Source: Nitrososphaerales archaeon
Lineage (GTDB): Archaea > Thermoproteota > Nitrososphaeria > Nitrososphaerales > UBA213
Assembly: GCA_965197925.1 (NCBI GenBank)
Contig: CBDAOC010000020.1
Span: 1,001,497-1,065,496, forward strand
Reading direction: 5' to 3'
DNA: 64,000 nt
Positions within the stretch are counted from its first letter, which is position 1; the number at the start of each line of letters is the position of its first letter. The position numbers were made by a program, and so were the translations under genes. Positions 53,492-64,000 of the stretch are shown piece by piece. Below the pieces are notes generated by a model. The model saw nothing but the letters and a program-made list of their open reading frames with translations, ran no database searches and was not told the origin of the DNA.

Positions 53492-54286
53492 CTACATCTT
53501 GGACATCTCATTGGTGCCTACAGTAATTCTAGAACCATCTGCTATATCACTCATGTTAATTTGAACTGCCGTATGTGTAGCATTGACATTCCACGAATCC
53601 CAGCCTGGTCCTACGCCATTCACCTCGCTAAAGAAGGATCCTTCAATTAACGACCTTTCTATAGTAAAGAACAAGTAACTGTTGATATAACCTAAATTGC
53701 TATCTACTGCGTAATTTCCTTCAACCTTATTGAGATCAAAACTTAAAGCCCATCTCTCTTCATCAAATTTCATATTCAGTGCATCATAATTGATACTGCC
53801 TGTGCGAACGATGTATTCTTGTTCGTTTACATTAATTGTATAATCCTGTGTCCTCAATACATAGAATATCGTAAGATATTCATTCTCTACTTTTTGATAA
53901 CCTTCCTTTGAAGCTTCTACGGTAGCAATATATTTCCCGATCTTAAAGTCATCCGTGATCGGAAAAGAGAATTCGAATATTCCCTTATCATCCGTTTTCA
54001 ATACCTTTTGAATTACATTGGTGCCGGCTGGATCCTTTATGAACATATTTACAGGAATGTCCACCAAACCATTCCAACTATTTGTGAGCATCACGTAACC
54101 ACGAAGTTTCACAATGTCACCATGATCAAAATAGCTGGTGAAACTTTCCCACACATAGTCGCTCGAAGGATCGTCAAATTCCATAACCGCCAGAATGCGC
54201 TCACCAGTTTCTGCACTTGTGTAATGGGTGATAGGAAATACTAACACAATGGTTAAAATCAAGGCAACAGCTTTCACATAAGACAT
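53492..54286 (-). CDS. Secreted MG2/Ig-like protein
   Basis: Signal peptide; IKDPAG and TDDKGIFEFSF motifs. Confidence 0.65.
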   Translation of the reverse strand: MSYVKAVALILTIVLVFPITHYTSAETGERILAVMEFDDPSSDYVWESFTSYFDHGDIVKLRGYVMLTNSWNGLVDIPVNMFIKDPAGTNVIQKVLKTDDKGIFEFSFPITDDFKIGKYIATVEASKEGYQKVENEYLTIFYVLRTQDYTINVNEQEYIVRTGSINYDALNMKFDEERWALSFDLNKVEGNYAVDSNLGYINSYLFFTIERSLIEGSFFSEVNGVGPGWDSWNVNATHTAVQINMSDIADGSRITVGTNEMSKM

Positions 54287-54365
54287 AGGAGGTACACATT
54301 TTTTATTATTACTGATAAATTATCTTTGACTTCTTTCTCATATTATCATCACAATAACTTATATA

Positions 54366-55931
54366 GTGATTATAGTGATTTTAGCAATTTGTTCGGACAT
54401 GTTCATGACTAGAATAATTTATGCTGGCATAACGATCTCATTCTTGCTTTTTCTGGTGCCAACTTTAAGTTTTGGCGCTGGAAAGCAACCATGTGGATTT
54501 TCCTTATTATTTGACAATCATGAATTTACTTCTAATGATCAAATACCGATAAGGATAAAGTCATATTGCGACCAGTGGCAAGGAAGTACTGCTACCGTAA
54601 TCGTATCTGATGGAAACAGTAATGAGATTGGGGGGAAGATCTTGGAGAGAAGGGTAATTGTGAATGATACTGCTGAAATTATTTTTGAGACACCTAATGT
54701 TGATGATCCTTACAGATATTTGGTTACGGTAATGGATAGCAATGGTAATACCCACAAGCAGGCTTTCTTCTTTACTAAAGAAGGAGCTAGTGAGGTTACT
54801 TTTTCTGATATAAGCATACCTAAAGAAGTTAATACAGGTGAAAAAGTAGAGGTCGAGGTTAAAGTTGTGGATGGTATAGGTAATCCAATCCCTACTGCAG
54901 TTATTGTACTTAGAATGCAATATCCTGAATGTTATGGAACAGAGTCCTATCAAGATACTTTGAATTGGGAATTAGAAAAATCCACATCCTCAACCTGGGT
55001 AGGCGAAATAGAGATTCCTAATGACATGCGTTCTGGAATTTATAATGTAGAAATTCTTGCTGAATCAAGATTTATTGGTTATGAAGAAACATCTACTACA
55101 AAACAGATCAGTGTTGATAACAAGGGACCTATATCAATTACACGGCTATTTCACAATGTAGAATTTGCTAACAGTAGTCCATTTTTTGGAGGGTCTAAGG
55201 ATACCTATGTTCTTGGAGACCGGATTATTATTAGGGGAGAAACATTATCGGATAGATGCATAAATCCCATTTCAAACGTTGAAGTAATAGGTGAATTGGA
55301 GGGACTCCCAACCCCTTTGATTAGAGATCGTGCAGTATCAGATGAAAATGGGCAGTTCAAATTGTCCTTCCAAACCTATCCTCAAATGAATATGGAACAT
55401 TCTTACAGAATTGAGTTAAAGGCGAAAAACAGCGACAAAACTTACGAATGGCATACTTCTGATATTAGGTTTCAAGATATAAAGAGGTTCAATTTTGAAG
55501 TAGAAAACAAAACATCCACAGCTGAAATATTGGTAAATTACGGCTTTCAGGTAGTTTCCTTTACTCTGGACGAGGATACAAAGACTCTCACATTCGTAGG
55601 AGATGCAACAAACAAAGAAGGTGTATTCTACATAGCTATTCCTCATGAGTTGCTTGATGGAAGTATTATGATAAAGAAAGATGGTAAGGAAGTAATAAAC
55701 ATGTTCGAGGAGATATTCTTTGTAGACGACCGGCATACCGAGCATGGGGTTGGAGTGAAAAAACATGAAGGATACACTGTAATTGACTACCACCCCAGAG
55801 AATCAGGAAAAACAACATTGGAAATAACAGGAACTACTATGATACCAGAATTTCCAATTGTAATACTGAGCTTAACATCATTGATGGGATTGGTTGTGAT
55901 CAGGAAGTATCTAGCAAGATGGTTCAATTGA
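54366..55931 (+). CDS. Multi-Ig PEF-CTERM surface protein
   Basis: Signal peptide; IPHELLDG; ITGTTMIPEFP + TM + RK. Confidence 0.82.
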   Translation: MIIVILAICSDMFMTRIIYAGITISFLLFLVPTLSFGAGKQPCGFSLLFDNHEFTSNDQIPIRIKSYCDQWQGSTATVIVSDGNSNEIGGKILERRVIVNDTAEIIFETPNVDDPYRYLVTVMDSNGNTHKQAFFFTKEGASEVTFSDISIPKEVNTGEKVEVEVKVVDGIGNPIPTAVIVLRMQYPECYGTESYQDTLNWELEKSTSSTWVGEIEIPNDMRSGIYNVEILAESRFIGYEETSTTKQISVDNKGPISITRLFHNVEFANSSPFFGGSKDTYVLGDRIIIRGETLSDRCINPISNVEVIGELEGLPTPLIRDRAVSDENGQFKLSFQTYPQMNMEHSYRIELKAKNSDKTYEWHTSDIRFQDIKRFNFEVENKTSTAEILVNYGFQVVSFTLDEDTKTLTFVGDATNKEGVFYIAIPHELLDGSIMIKKDGKEVINMFEEIFFVDDRHTEHGVGVKKHEGYTVIDYHPRESGKTTLEITGTTMIPEFPIVILSLTSLMGLVVIRKYLARWFN

Positions 55932-56570
55932 AGATCTAAAGATCATTACGCCGGACACTGAATAATTGGAATTATCTACTAGGACTAATCTTTCTTCATT
56001 CTCATTAAGGAAGGATTCGAACTCGAACAATTGGCTTAAGCAAAAACAACTCCATGCGATCCCAGAAATACACAGTATCAAAGAAAGGGGTTTTATTACC
56101 TTCTATTTACCTATTGGTTTTTCAAATTCCAAAAAAACATTACAAATAATGCTAGCAAATAAAATGAGCAATCTAACGGGTTTCACTAGCTTGAGTTTCA
56201 AGATTACCTTCTCTCTGTAAAGGTAATATATCTAACTAATCAGAATTCTTTTCTAACAATATGGACAATTTATCATTCTGTGCGGTTTAGCCGCTCATCT
56301 TGTCAACTATATTCCTGACACGATCGGATGAAATCTTCCTATGAGAATAACACTGCTCGTAGTTGCTTTGGTTTCATTAGGATTGATAAATGCTATGCCT
56401 ACACAAATGACTGTCCCAAAAACCATCATAAGCACGACTTTCTATAATTAGTAATTCACATAATAATTAGTCGAAAAATGGTTAAGACCTGTAAGAAAAT
56501 CAATAATCCATACATATTGATGCAACCTTTTAGACAAACTTCATATGTGGAATATCAACTTATTTAATCA

Positions 56571-56884
56571 ATGGATAGTGAAAAGGGGGATTCAAACGTA
56601 TTTCTGTCCTCGAGGCAAAAAAATTAGTAGAGAACGTTAATGTTACAATTGCCGATATCAGGTACAAGAAATCCTATATGAGATCCAACATCCCCGATTC
56701 GATACATTTAACTCAGGATAACTTGGAGGAATTCCTGAAAAATACTGATGCTGAAGATCCCTTATTGATATATTGTTATCATGGCATTAACAGTATAGGA
56801 GCTGCTGAATATTTTGTTGATCGTGGCTTTAAAAAAGTATATAGTTTGGATGGCGGTTATTCAGAATATTCTGATGTTTCTTAA
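56571..56884 (+). pseudogene. GlpE-like rhodanese; 1-bp frameshift in an A/G run
   Basis: CYHGINS active loop, SLDGGY; ATG 56571 is out of frame at GAAAAGGGGGA. Confidence 0.75.
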
Positions 56885-57080
56885 GGTAGATCTTAGAAGT
56901 GTTGGTAGAAGTTGCTCAAGATGCGTATTAACATCATGTGTAACCGCCTATACAAATGCTCTAATACATGCTTGGAAATATTCAAAAATAAAGATCGGTT
57001 TATGATTGCATAACCGCATACTTTTTAATTACATTAGAAGCTCAGTTGGTATTGTTGAAAATGCGTTATTTAATCCATTC

Positions 57081-59062
57081 TTAATTTGTGACATTATGCG
57101 GCCCTGGTTGAAAATTATTATCATCTATAATGAGTCGAGTTATATCACGAGGGAAAAACAGATCCACAAGCCAATCAAGTCCCGCCCTTATCCTTTTTTC
57201 CATTAAAGGCAAAGTGGACAAATAGTATTGTTTCCAGATGAACCAAGCACTATATCCAGTAAATCTATGCTCCATCAGCAAGGCCACTCCATTCCTAGAT
57301 CCAATTTTTGCCATGGATCCTTTAGTATCATAAACAAAGGTTGTCGGAGTTCTATTCCCTTCGATCGCATAAATGAGATTCTCGCCTACAGTATGCGCCT
57401 CTCTTATTGCATGCTGAGCTGTAGGAGGATATGGATTTTGAGTACGCTTATCAACAATGAAGGCACAATCCCCCAACGCAAACACTTCAGGACGATTTTG
57501 TAATCTGATACTCATCCACTACAACACGCCCACTTTTATGATGGCTAGTATCAAGTTCAGATATTGTCCGTTCCACAGTATTGCCTCCAGCCCATATGAA
57601 GGTAGAACAAGGAATCTTTTCTTCATTATCCAATATCACATAATCATATCACATAATCTTTTCCGGCATCCTTTAGTCGGGTCTTTGTAAGTATCTTAAC
57701 ACCAGCCTGGCTAAGGGATTCCATAGCATACTTTCCTAGATCGCCGATTTCAGGCAGAATACTCTCACCGGCGGCTACCAGAATTATCTTAATGCTCTCT
57801 GGATCAATATTTCTATAAAATTTTTCAACAGATTCTCGTACAAAGTCGTTTAGTTCACCTACCATCTCTACACCCGAAAAACCTCCACCAACAACAACAA
57901 ATGTCATAAGCTTGGATTGTGATTCTGGATTCATTTCCTGATCGGCATCTTCAAGCATGGTAATTACTTGATTCCTTATCTTGATGGCGTCATCGAGACT
58001 CTTTATGGTAAAAGCATATGATTCAACATTCTTGTTTCCAAAGAAATTAGTTTTACCACCCATAGCCAATACCAAATAATCATATTCAAGATCCCTTCTG
58101 CTGTTATCAGACATACGTTCAATTGGCACTCTTTTCTTATTCAAGTCAACAGATATTACCCTAGCTTGGTAAAATCGAGCCCGTTTACAAAAATTTCTAA
58201 TCGGTGTAGCAATGTGTCTTGCCTCTATCGTGCCCGTTGCCATTTCTGGTAACATAGGAGTATGCAGGAAAAAATTATCTTCGCTTACTAAGCTTATACT
58301 AACATGGACATCACTATCAAATAGTTCCTGTGCCTTCCTTAACACCCCTACACCGGCATAACCTCCTCCTAGGATGAGGATTTTTTTTATGGATGGGTCT
58401 GGTGATTCGTGCACATATCTGATATGTTCATAAGTACTCAATTTTGAAAATTCGATGTCGCATATATGACATCTATAGTTTGCTCCAACTTTTGCCGTCA
58501 GTACAGACGCTATTAAACCCAATGTCGATCCCCAGATCAAATGAATTGTAAAGGAGTAGAGCAATCCAAAACCAAGAATCCCTTTCCTTAGTTCAGAACC
58601 TTCTATCATTGACGGGGAACCAAATTGAGATCTTATTTCGTCAGCGTTAGAACCCAGTACCAACTGTCCAACCGGAATTGCGAATACCAAAAATACAACT
58701 CCTCCCGTTAACAATCCAAAAAGAAACCCATTTGTAATTTTTGAAATATTCAATAATCTGGACTTGTATAGAATAATACCCGTGACTATGCCAATTATAG
58801 TTGCCACTACAGAGTGCAAAATTATTCCCACTACGTATTGGCTGGAGTTCACGAGATTGGCTGCAGCTAACCAAAACAGGTAGTAATCACTACCAATTAT
58901 AAGATCTGAAAAGATATCTGGCACCTTCATGGTAAATCCCCCAATAATGGAACCCAAGGCTATGAAAAAGACCTCTTTTCTTAAAGAGAAGTTGACACGA
59001 GGTTTGTAGATTGATTTTCTTCTTGGAATGGTCATACTCTCCTTATTTGATACTATAATCAC
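57081..59062 (-). pseudogene. ndh: Type II NADH dehydrogenase-like flavoprotein with N-terminal TM domain and C2H2-like finger; two frameshifts
   Basis: GGGYAG, GGGFSGVE, ALGDCA, PPTAQHA; CHIC-x11-H-x4-H; 13-bp tandem duplication 57633-57658. Confidence 0.85.
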
Positions 59063-59560
59063 ACAAATTAAGATTATGAATGCATTAGATAATTCTCTAT
59101 TATACTCCTTTCATTTATTCCATAAATGTTGTAGCATTGATCATAAAAAGTTACTAATAAATTATAAACATTCTTTGGTGTTCATACTTTTGAAAGAGTA
59201 GGGATACCATCTTCGAAATTCTTGTTGCATTTCTTGAAGAAAAATAATTGGAGTGTTCTATAGAAAGTACTTTCCCACAATACTTGGAGATTCAGCAGGT
59301 TATAAAACAAATCTAGCTGAATCTTCTCCAAGAGGAAATAGTTTATTATTATTCGCACTCTCCAACACACTTTCCATTCTATTGATAAAGATCTTAAATA
59401 CAGGGATTATTCTGATACGATAAGACCTAGGATTGGCTAACTTCAATATTTATCAGTTCGAGTATTAGAAGGAATATATGAGTAAATATGTAATTGTGTT
59501 TAAGTAAATAAATTCTTCATAAGATATTCTTAATGAACTTCAGCAGCTAGGAAAGTATTT

Positions 59561-60645
59561 GAGGCTTGGGCATAATTTAGTTCGAAACGATAAGATCAGG
59601 TTCCATTTTTCATTGGTAATGTGTTTAGCTCAGACTCGATACTTCTTCGCATATTATTTTTGATTGGTGTGATTCGGTCAAAACCTAATAGGAAAAGTAG
59701 ACCATTCTACTATTCTCCTACAGTTATGGTGAGATGCTTCATCGTTAGAGTATGGATAAGAATACCAAGCAACAATGCTTTGCATGAAACTTTTTGATAG
59801 ACATGCCATACAACAGGAAGGTAATGAAGGCATGTGGTCTTGATAGGTTGCCAGACAGAAGAACATTCGACAGAAGGTCAAGGCCGTATCAATTGACATA
59901 AGATCAAGGATAGATGTTATGGGTATGCTCTTCATAAAAGATGGGTTGGTAGACCCAGCCATAGTATCCGTTGACAGTTCATTGTTGAAAGCAAAGGGAC
60001 ATGTATGGCATAGATCAAACATGAAGAAGAATGAAGTGCCACGCTCGGGTATAGATACAGATGCTCGATGGGGATTCAGCAGAACCAAGGGACGGGTATT
60101 CGGATACAAGATGCATCTAGCATGTAGTACTGGTTCGTTGATAGTTCCATTGTCAGCTGATTTCACAACAGCTAACATTACTGATAACAAGATGTATGAA
60201 AGCATAACATCTTCATTGCCTACAGGAATGGTAAGGTATGTTGTAGGAGATGAAGGATATGATGATCACAAGTTATGTGATTTCAGCAGGTATAGAGGGC
60301 ATCCAGTATTCCCATTGGAAAGGTACAAGCATACTACAGATAATAGACTGGCATTGCTGCAGTTCTATAACTCTGAATTTGGACAGCATGTATATTCTCG
60401 GAGGAGCATAAGCGTTGAACCATTGATAGAGCATATGAAGGATGTATTTACCATAGATCCATTGCCAGTTAGAGGATTTGATAAGGTAAGGAGTATGGTG
60501 TTGTTATCAGTATTGTTGTATCAGGTAATGGTGTACTACAATCATCTAGCAGGAAGACCATTAAGGGCATTGAAGCACATGCTCGGAAGTTAATCAATCA
60601 GATGCATCAAGTTATTTTTGTTATATGGAATAATGTCCATGCCTT
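59561..60645 (+). mobile_element. IS type A copy 5
   Basis: Both TIRs present; flanks differ (AAGTATTT / AGATACCT). Confidence 0.93.
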
Positions 60646-60870
60646 AGATACCTACTCATCTTTACCCTATTGATCAGGATTCAAATATGGTGCTTTCAAT
60701 ATTCGTTTAACAAGAGCTCTTTTACAATACTTTACATTACTCCGCTAAGCATATAACCAACTAGTAGAAAATGAATTAGCGACCTTTCCGATATAGAAAA
60801 AGCTATGGCTTGGGCTGAAAGGTATGTTATAATGGTTAAGCTTAAGAGTTGCCCATTATTGGTTTGATAT

Positions 60871-61764
60871 GTGAATAAGCAAATCTGTATTTTAGCAGGA
60901 CCAGCTTCGACAGTTCTTGCGGAGAGCGTTGGTAAGATTCTTGGAGCAGAAATCATTGATGTAGAAAGCAAAGTGTTCCCTGATGGCGAAATAAAGATAA
61001 AGATTAATGGTGATCCTTCCGGAAAGTTTACGTTAATAGTTCAATCAACATATCCTCCTATTAACGCCCATTTGTTCGAGGCATTGTTAATAATACAGAA
61101 GGCAAATAAGATGGGAGCTGATGTTTGTGCTGTTATTCCTTACCTGGCATATGCAAGACAGGACAAAGAGTTTATGAAAGGAGAAGCTATAACAATGGAA
61201 TCAATCGGAAGAATATTCGATTCTTCAGGTGCGAGAAATCTGATAACTGTTGATATTCATAGCGAAACTGCGCTTGCGTACTTCACAATACCAACGTATA
61301 ATGTATCTGCAATACCACTACTTGCTAATCATTTTAAGTCTCAAAACTTGGTTGAACCAATAACGGTTTCACCTGACACTGGAGGTACCAGTAGAGCTGA
61401 AGAATTTGCAAAAATTATTAAAACAGAATCAATTACGTTACCCAAGCATAGAAATAGAAATACGGGGGTAGTAAGTATAGATTATTCAGCACCTGAACTG
61501 GTAAAAGTAAGTAACCGAGATGTTATATTGGTTGATGATATGATCAGCACGGGGGGAAGTGTAATTAAAGCTACAGAAGTTTTAAGGAAAGCTGGTTGTA
61601 ACAATGTCTTTGTTGCTTGCACACATGCATTACTGCTCGGAGATGCGGTGGATGAACTAAGGGATGCTGGTGTGAAGGAGATCGTTGCAACCAATACAAT
61701 ACCTAGTACGGTTAGTAAAGTTGATGTGGCTCCTCTAATATTCAATCAAATCAACAAACTATGA
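60871..61764 (+). CDS. prs: Ribose-phosphate pyrophosphokinase
   Basis: FPDGE, PYLAYARQD, VDDMISTGGS. Confidence 0.96.
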   Translation: MNKQICILAGPASTVLAESVGKILGAEIIDVESKVFPDGEIKIKINGDPSGKFTLIVQSTYPPINAHLFEALLIIQKANKMGADVCAVIPYLAYARQDKEFMKGEAITMESIGRIFDSSGARNLITVDIHSETALAYFTIPTYNVSAIPLLANHFKSQNLVEPITVSPDTGGTSRAEEFAKIIKTESITLPKHRNRNTGVVSIDYSAPELVKVSNRDVILVDDMISTGGSVIKATEVLRKAGCNNVFVACTHALLLGDAVDELRDAGVKEIVATNTIPSTVSKVDVAPLIFNQINKL

Positions 61765-62732
61765 AAAATAAATATTTCTTTGTGTATAATGGAAAATACG
61801 TGAAACTAGGTAATGCTGAATTGCGAGCTCTTGTAAAAACTTATTATCCTTATGCAAGAGTACAAAATTTGAATGGAAGGCTCTCTATTGTTGATGGATA
61901 TATTGACCTACGACAGATAACATCACGTATCGCATATACAAAATACGCTGGTAAAATAATAAGTTTGTCTGATGATAATATTTTCGAACCAGATGAATGT
62001 TTTAAGAATTACAGAACATTTTCTTGTAAGTTGATCAATCTATCAAAGGAATGTGTAAGTATGGAAACAGTAAGTAAGTTAGGTCAATACATAAAGGAAA
62101 AATCTCCATGGCTGCAGGTATCGCTTGACTACCCCGATATCATTGTGTTGATTGTGGTTACCGATAATGAATCTATGGTTGGCCTTACAGATTGTAAGAA
62201 CATTATGATTTCAAGAGATAAGAGTCAAAAGAGGAGGTCCTACGTTCACCCTGTTGCGCTTGATCAGAAGTTAAGCAGGTTAATGGTTAATCTAACAATG
62301 GCCAAAGAAAATGATTTGTTGTTAGATCCTTTCTGCGGCACTGGCAGCATATTAATCGAAGCCTCCCATATGAATTTACGAACTTTGGGTGGCGACATTT
62401 CTGGTAAGATGTGTTACGGCGCACTATCAAATACTCGAACCAAACAAAGTTTCATATTAAATTGCGATGCATTATCATTACCAATACATACCAAAGATAT
62501 TGATGTTATAGCTACTGATCTTCCATACGGAAGATCATCTTCAACTTTTAATAGAACCCCAAAGGATTTGTTGAAAGAATTTGTGTCATTGATCAACAAT
62601 GAAATGAAAGGTAAAAAATGTTGTCTTATGTGCAGAAAGGGTGATGAAGAGTTGTTCAATAATATTGTGGAAGAGTATGATATATACGAACATAAGAATC
62701 TTACAAGGAAACTGATGGTGTTATGCAACTAA
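61761..62732 (+). CDS. tRNA (guanine-N2) methyltransferase, THUMP/Trm11-like
   Basis: LDPFCGTGS, TDLPYG, HKNLTR. Confidence 0.85.
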   Translation: MKNKYFFVYNGKYVKLGNAELRALVKTYYPYARVQNLNGRLSIVDGYIDLRQITSRIAYTKYAGKIISLSDDNIFEPDECFKNYRTFSCKLINLSKECVSMETVSKLGQYIKEKSPWLQVSLDYPDIIVLIVVTDNESMVGLTDCKNIMISRDKSQKRRSYVHPVALDQKLSRLMVNLTMAKENDLLLDPFCGTGSILIEASHMNLRTLGGDISGKMCYGALSNTRTKQSFILNCDALSLPIHTKDIDVIATDLPYGRSSSTFNRTPKDLLKEFVSLINNEMKGKKCCLMCRKGDEELFNNIVEEYDIYEHKNLTRKLMVLCN

Positions 62733-63637
62733 AAGTTATTTTATTGGGAACTGCATCCGCGATGCCAACATATGAGAGAGGATTGAGTTGCGCCGCGATA
62801 GTTAGGGGTAGCGAGGTGTTGATATTTGATGCAGGAGAGGGAATGCAGCGTAATTTCCTCCAGTCAAGTATAGGTATCAACAGAAAAACGAAGATCTTCA
62901 TAACGCACATGCATAGTGATCATTGCGTTGGTTTACTTGGATTATTGCAGACCATGTCGTTGCAGAATAGGGATATTCAGTTACAATTGTATGGACCTGA
63001 ATGCATCAATGATTTTATCTTTAGCAATATGAGAGTGCTTGACTTTGGTCTTACATTTCCATTATCAATAAGCTCCGTAAGCGAAGGTCTAGTCGTTAAA
63101 GAAAAAGATTATCTAGTAAAGGCAATAACTGCGAAACATTCTGTGAACAGTTATAGTTACTGTATGCAAGAATATGAAAGGCCTGGTATATTCTATCCTG
63201 AAAATGCAAAAGCCTTAGGTATACCCAAAGGAAATTTGTGGCACAAGCTGCAGCATGGTAACGATGTTGAATATAACGGCAAGATAGTAAGCTCCAAAGA
63301 GGTTACTGGGCCACAGCGCAAAGGAAGGAAGATCGGGATTTCTGGAGATACTAGACCAGACGATAGATTAATAGAATTTTTCCGTGACTGTGACCTCTTA
63401 ATATTTGATTCGACATATGGTGAAAATCACAAGGAAAATGCAACAAAAAATATGCATTCTACTGCAAAAGAAGCCGCTACGCTAGCTGTAAAGGCAAATG
63501 TTAAGAAACTTGTACTTACACATTTTAGTGCAAGATATAGGGATATTCAGATACTTGTTAGGGAGGCATTGGAAATACATCCAAGAGTTGTTGTAGCTGA
63601 AGATCTTCTGACCATAGAGATCCCATATGGACAATAA
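62723..63637 (+). CDS. rnz: Ribonuclease Z
   Basis: LGTAS, FDAGEG, THMHSDH, exosite, SGDTRP, THFSARY. Confidence 0.96.
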   Translation: MQLKVILLGTASAMPTYERGLSCAAIVRGSEVLIFDAGEGMQRNFLQSSIGINRKTKIFITHMHSDHCVGLLGLLQTMSLQNRDIQLQLYGPECINDFIFSNMRVLDFGLTFPLSISSVSEGLVVKEKDYLVKAITAKHSVNSYSYCMQEYERPGIFYPENAKALGIPKGNLWHKLQHGNDVEYNGKIVSSKEVTGPQRKGRKIGISGDTRPDDRLIEFFRDCDLLIFDSTYGENHKENATKNMHSTAKEAATLAVKANVKKLVLTHFSARYRDIQILVREALEIHPRVVVAEDLLTIEIPYGQ

Positions 63638-63664
63638 TATAGGCATGAACATCTAAATTTTCGA

Positions 63665-64000
63665 ATGCAATTTATGACTGTCATGATAATTATTGTGATG
63701 ATTCTAGTTGTGAGTGCAATGTTCTTTTTGTTAGCACCAAGCCTTCCCGCTTCGAGTAGTATTCTGGATGAAAGTAGTGATGTTGTAGCAATAAAAATAC
63801 ATGAAACAAATTTCTACCCTTTACTGCAACCATATCATGATTTAGTTAGGGTAAGTGTACAGCGTTTGAATGGTAACGAATTACTCCTACTGGTTGAGTT
63901 GAGCGGAGACCCGAATTTGAATACTACATTTGAGACAGTATACATCTGGGTTATAGATTATCCAACAATCACAGGAAATCAGAGGTATACTGTATTGATA
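63665..64000 (+). CDS. Partial secreted hypothetical protein
   Basis: Hydrophobic N-terminus; frame appears open to the window end. Confidence 0.5.
   Translation, partial: MQFMTVMIIIVMILVVSAMFFLLAPSLPASSSILDESSDVVAIKIHETNFYPLLQPYHDLVRVSVQRLNGNELLLLVELSGDPNLNTTFETVYIWVIDYPTITGNQRYTVLI

Noticed and set aside
612..59560. AACTATTT (after copy 1) and AAGTATTT (before copy 5) as a composite-transposon TSD
   Set aside because: They are internal flanks with one mismatch, consistent with an AT-rich target preference

Overview
AT-rich archaeal DNA, most likely from a Nitrososphaerota (thaumarchaeal) genome. The evidence is PEF-CTERM surface proteins, a CopC/CopD fusion and archaeal prs-trm11-rnz. About 1-60.6 kb is an IS-riddled accessory region, and housekeeping genes start at 60.9 kb. 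Main contents: (i) a metal (probably copper) acquisition cluster with PEF-CTERM and other surface proteins, six of which appear to start with His after signal-peptide cleavage, plus a CopC-CopD-propeller fusion, a ZIP transporter fusion and a frameshifted NiCoT/UreH; (ii) a ~12 kb block splitting that cluster, holding a multi-reader McrBC-type restriction system, a TPR gene and a small integrase element with a divergent RHH switch, operator palindromes, a 136-bp direct repeat and a 36-bp palindrome; (iii) a casposase-like Cas1 remnant beside an intact RNase H-Zn ribbon-PIN fusion gene; (iv) a GC-mosaic vanadium haloperoxidase/PAP2 gene; (v) a molybdenum-cofactor cluster with two client enzymes; (vi) decayed RTX-like Ca-binding genes and several other frameshifted genes. 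Three IS types are present, with five co-oriented copies of one. I found no tRNA, rRNA or CRISPR array. All calls come from motif recognition by eye, and no database searches were run.
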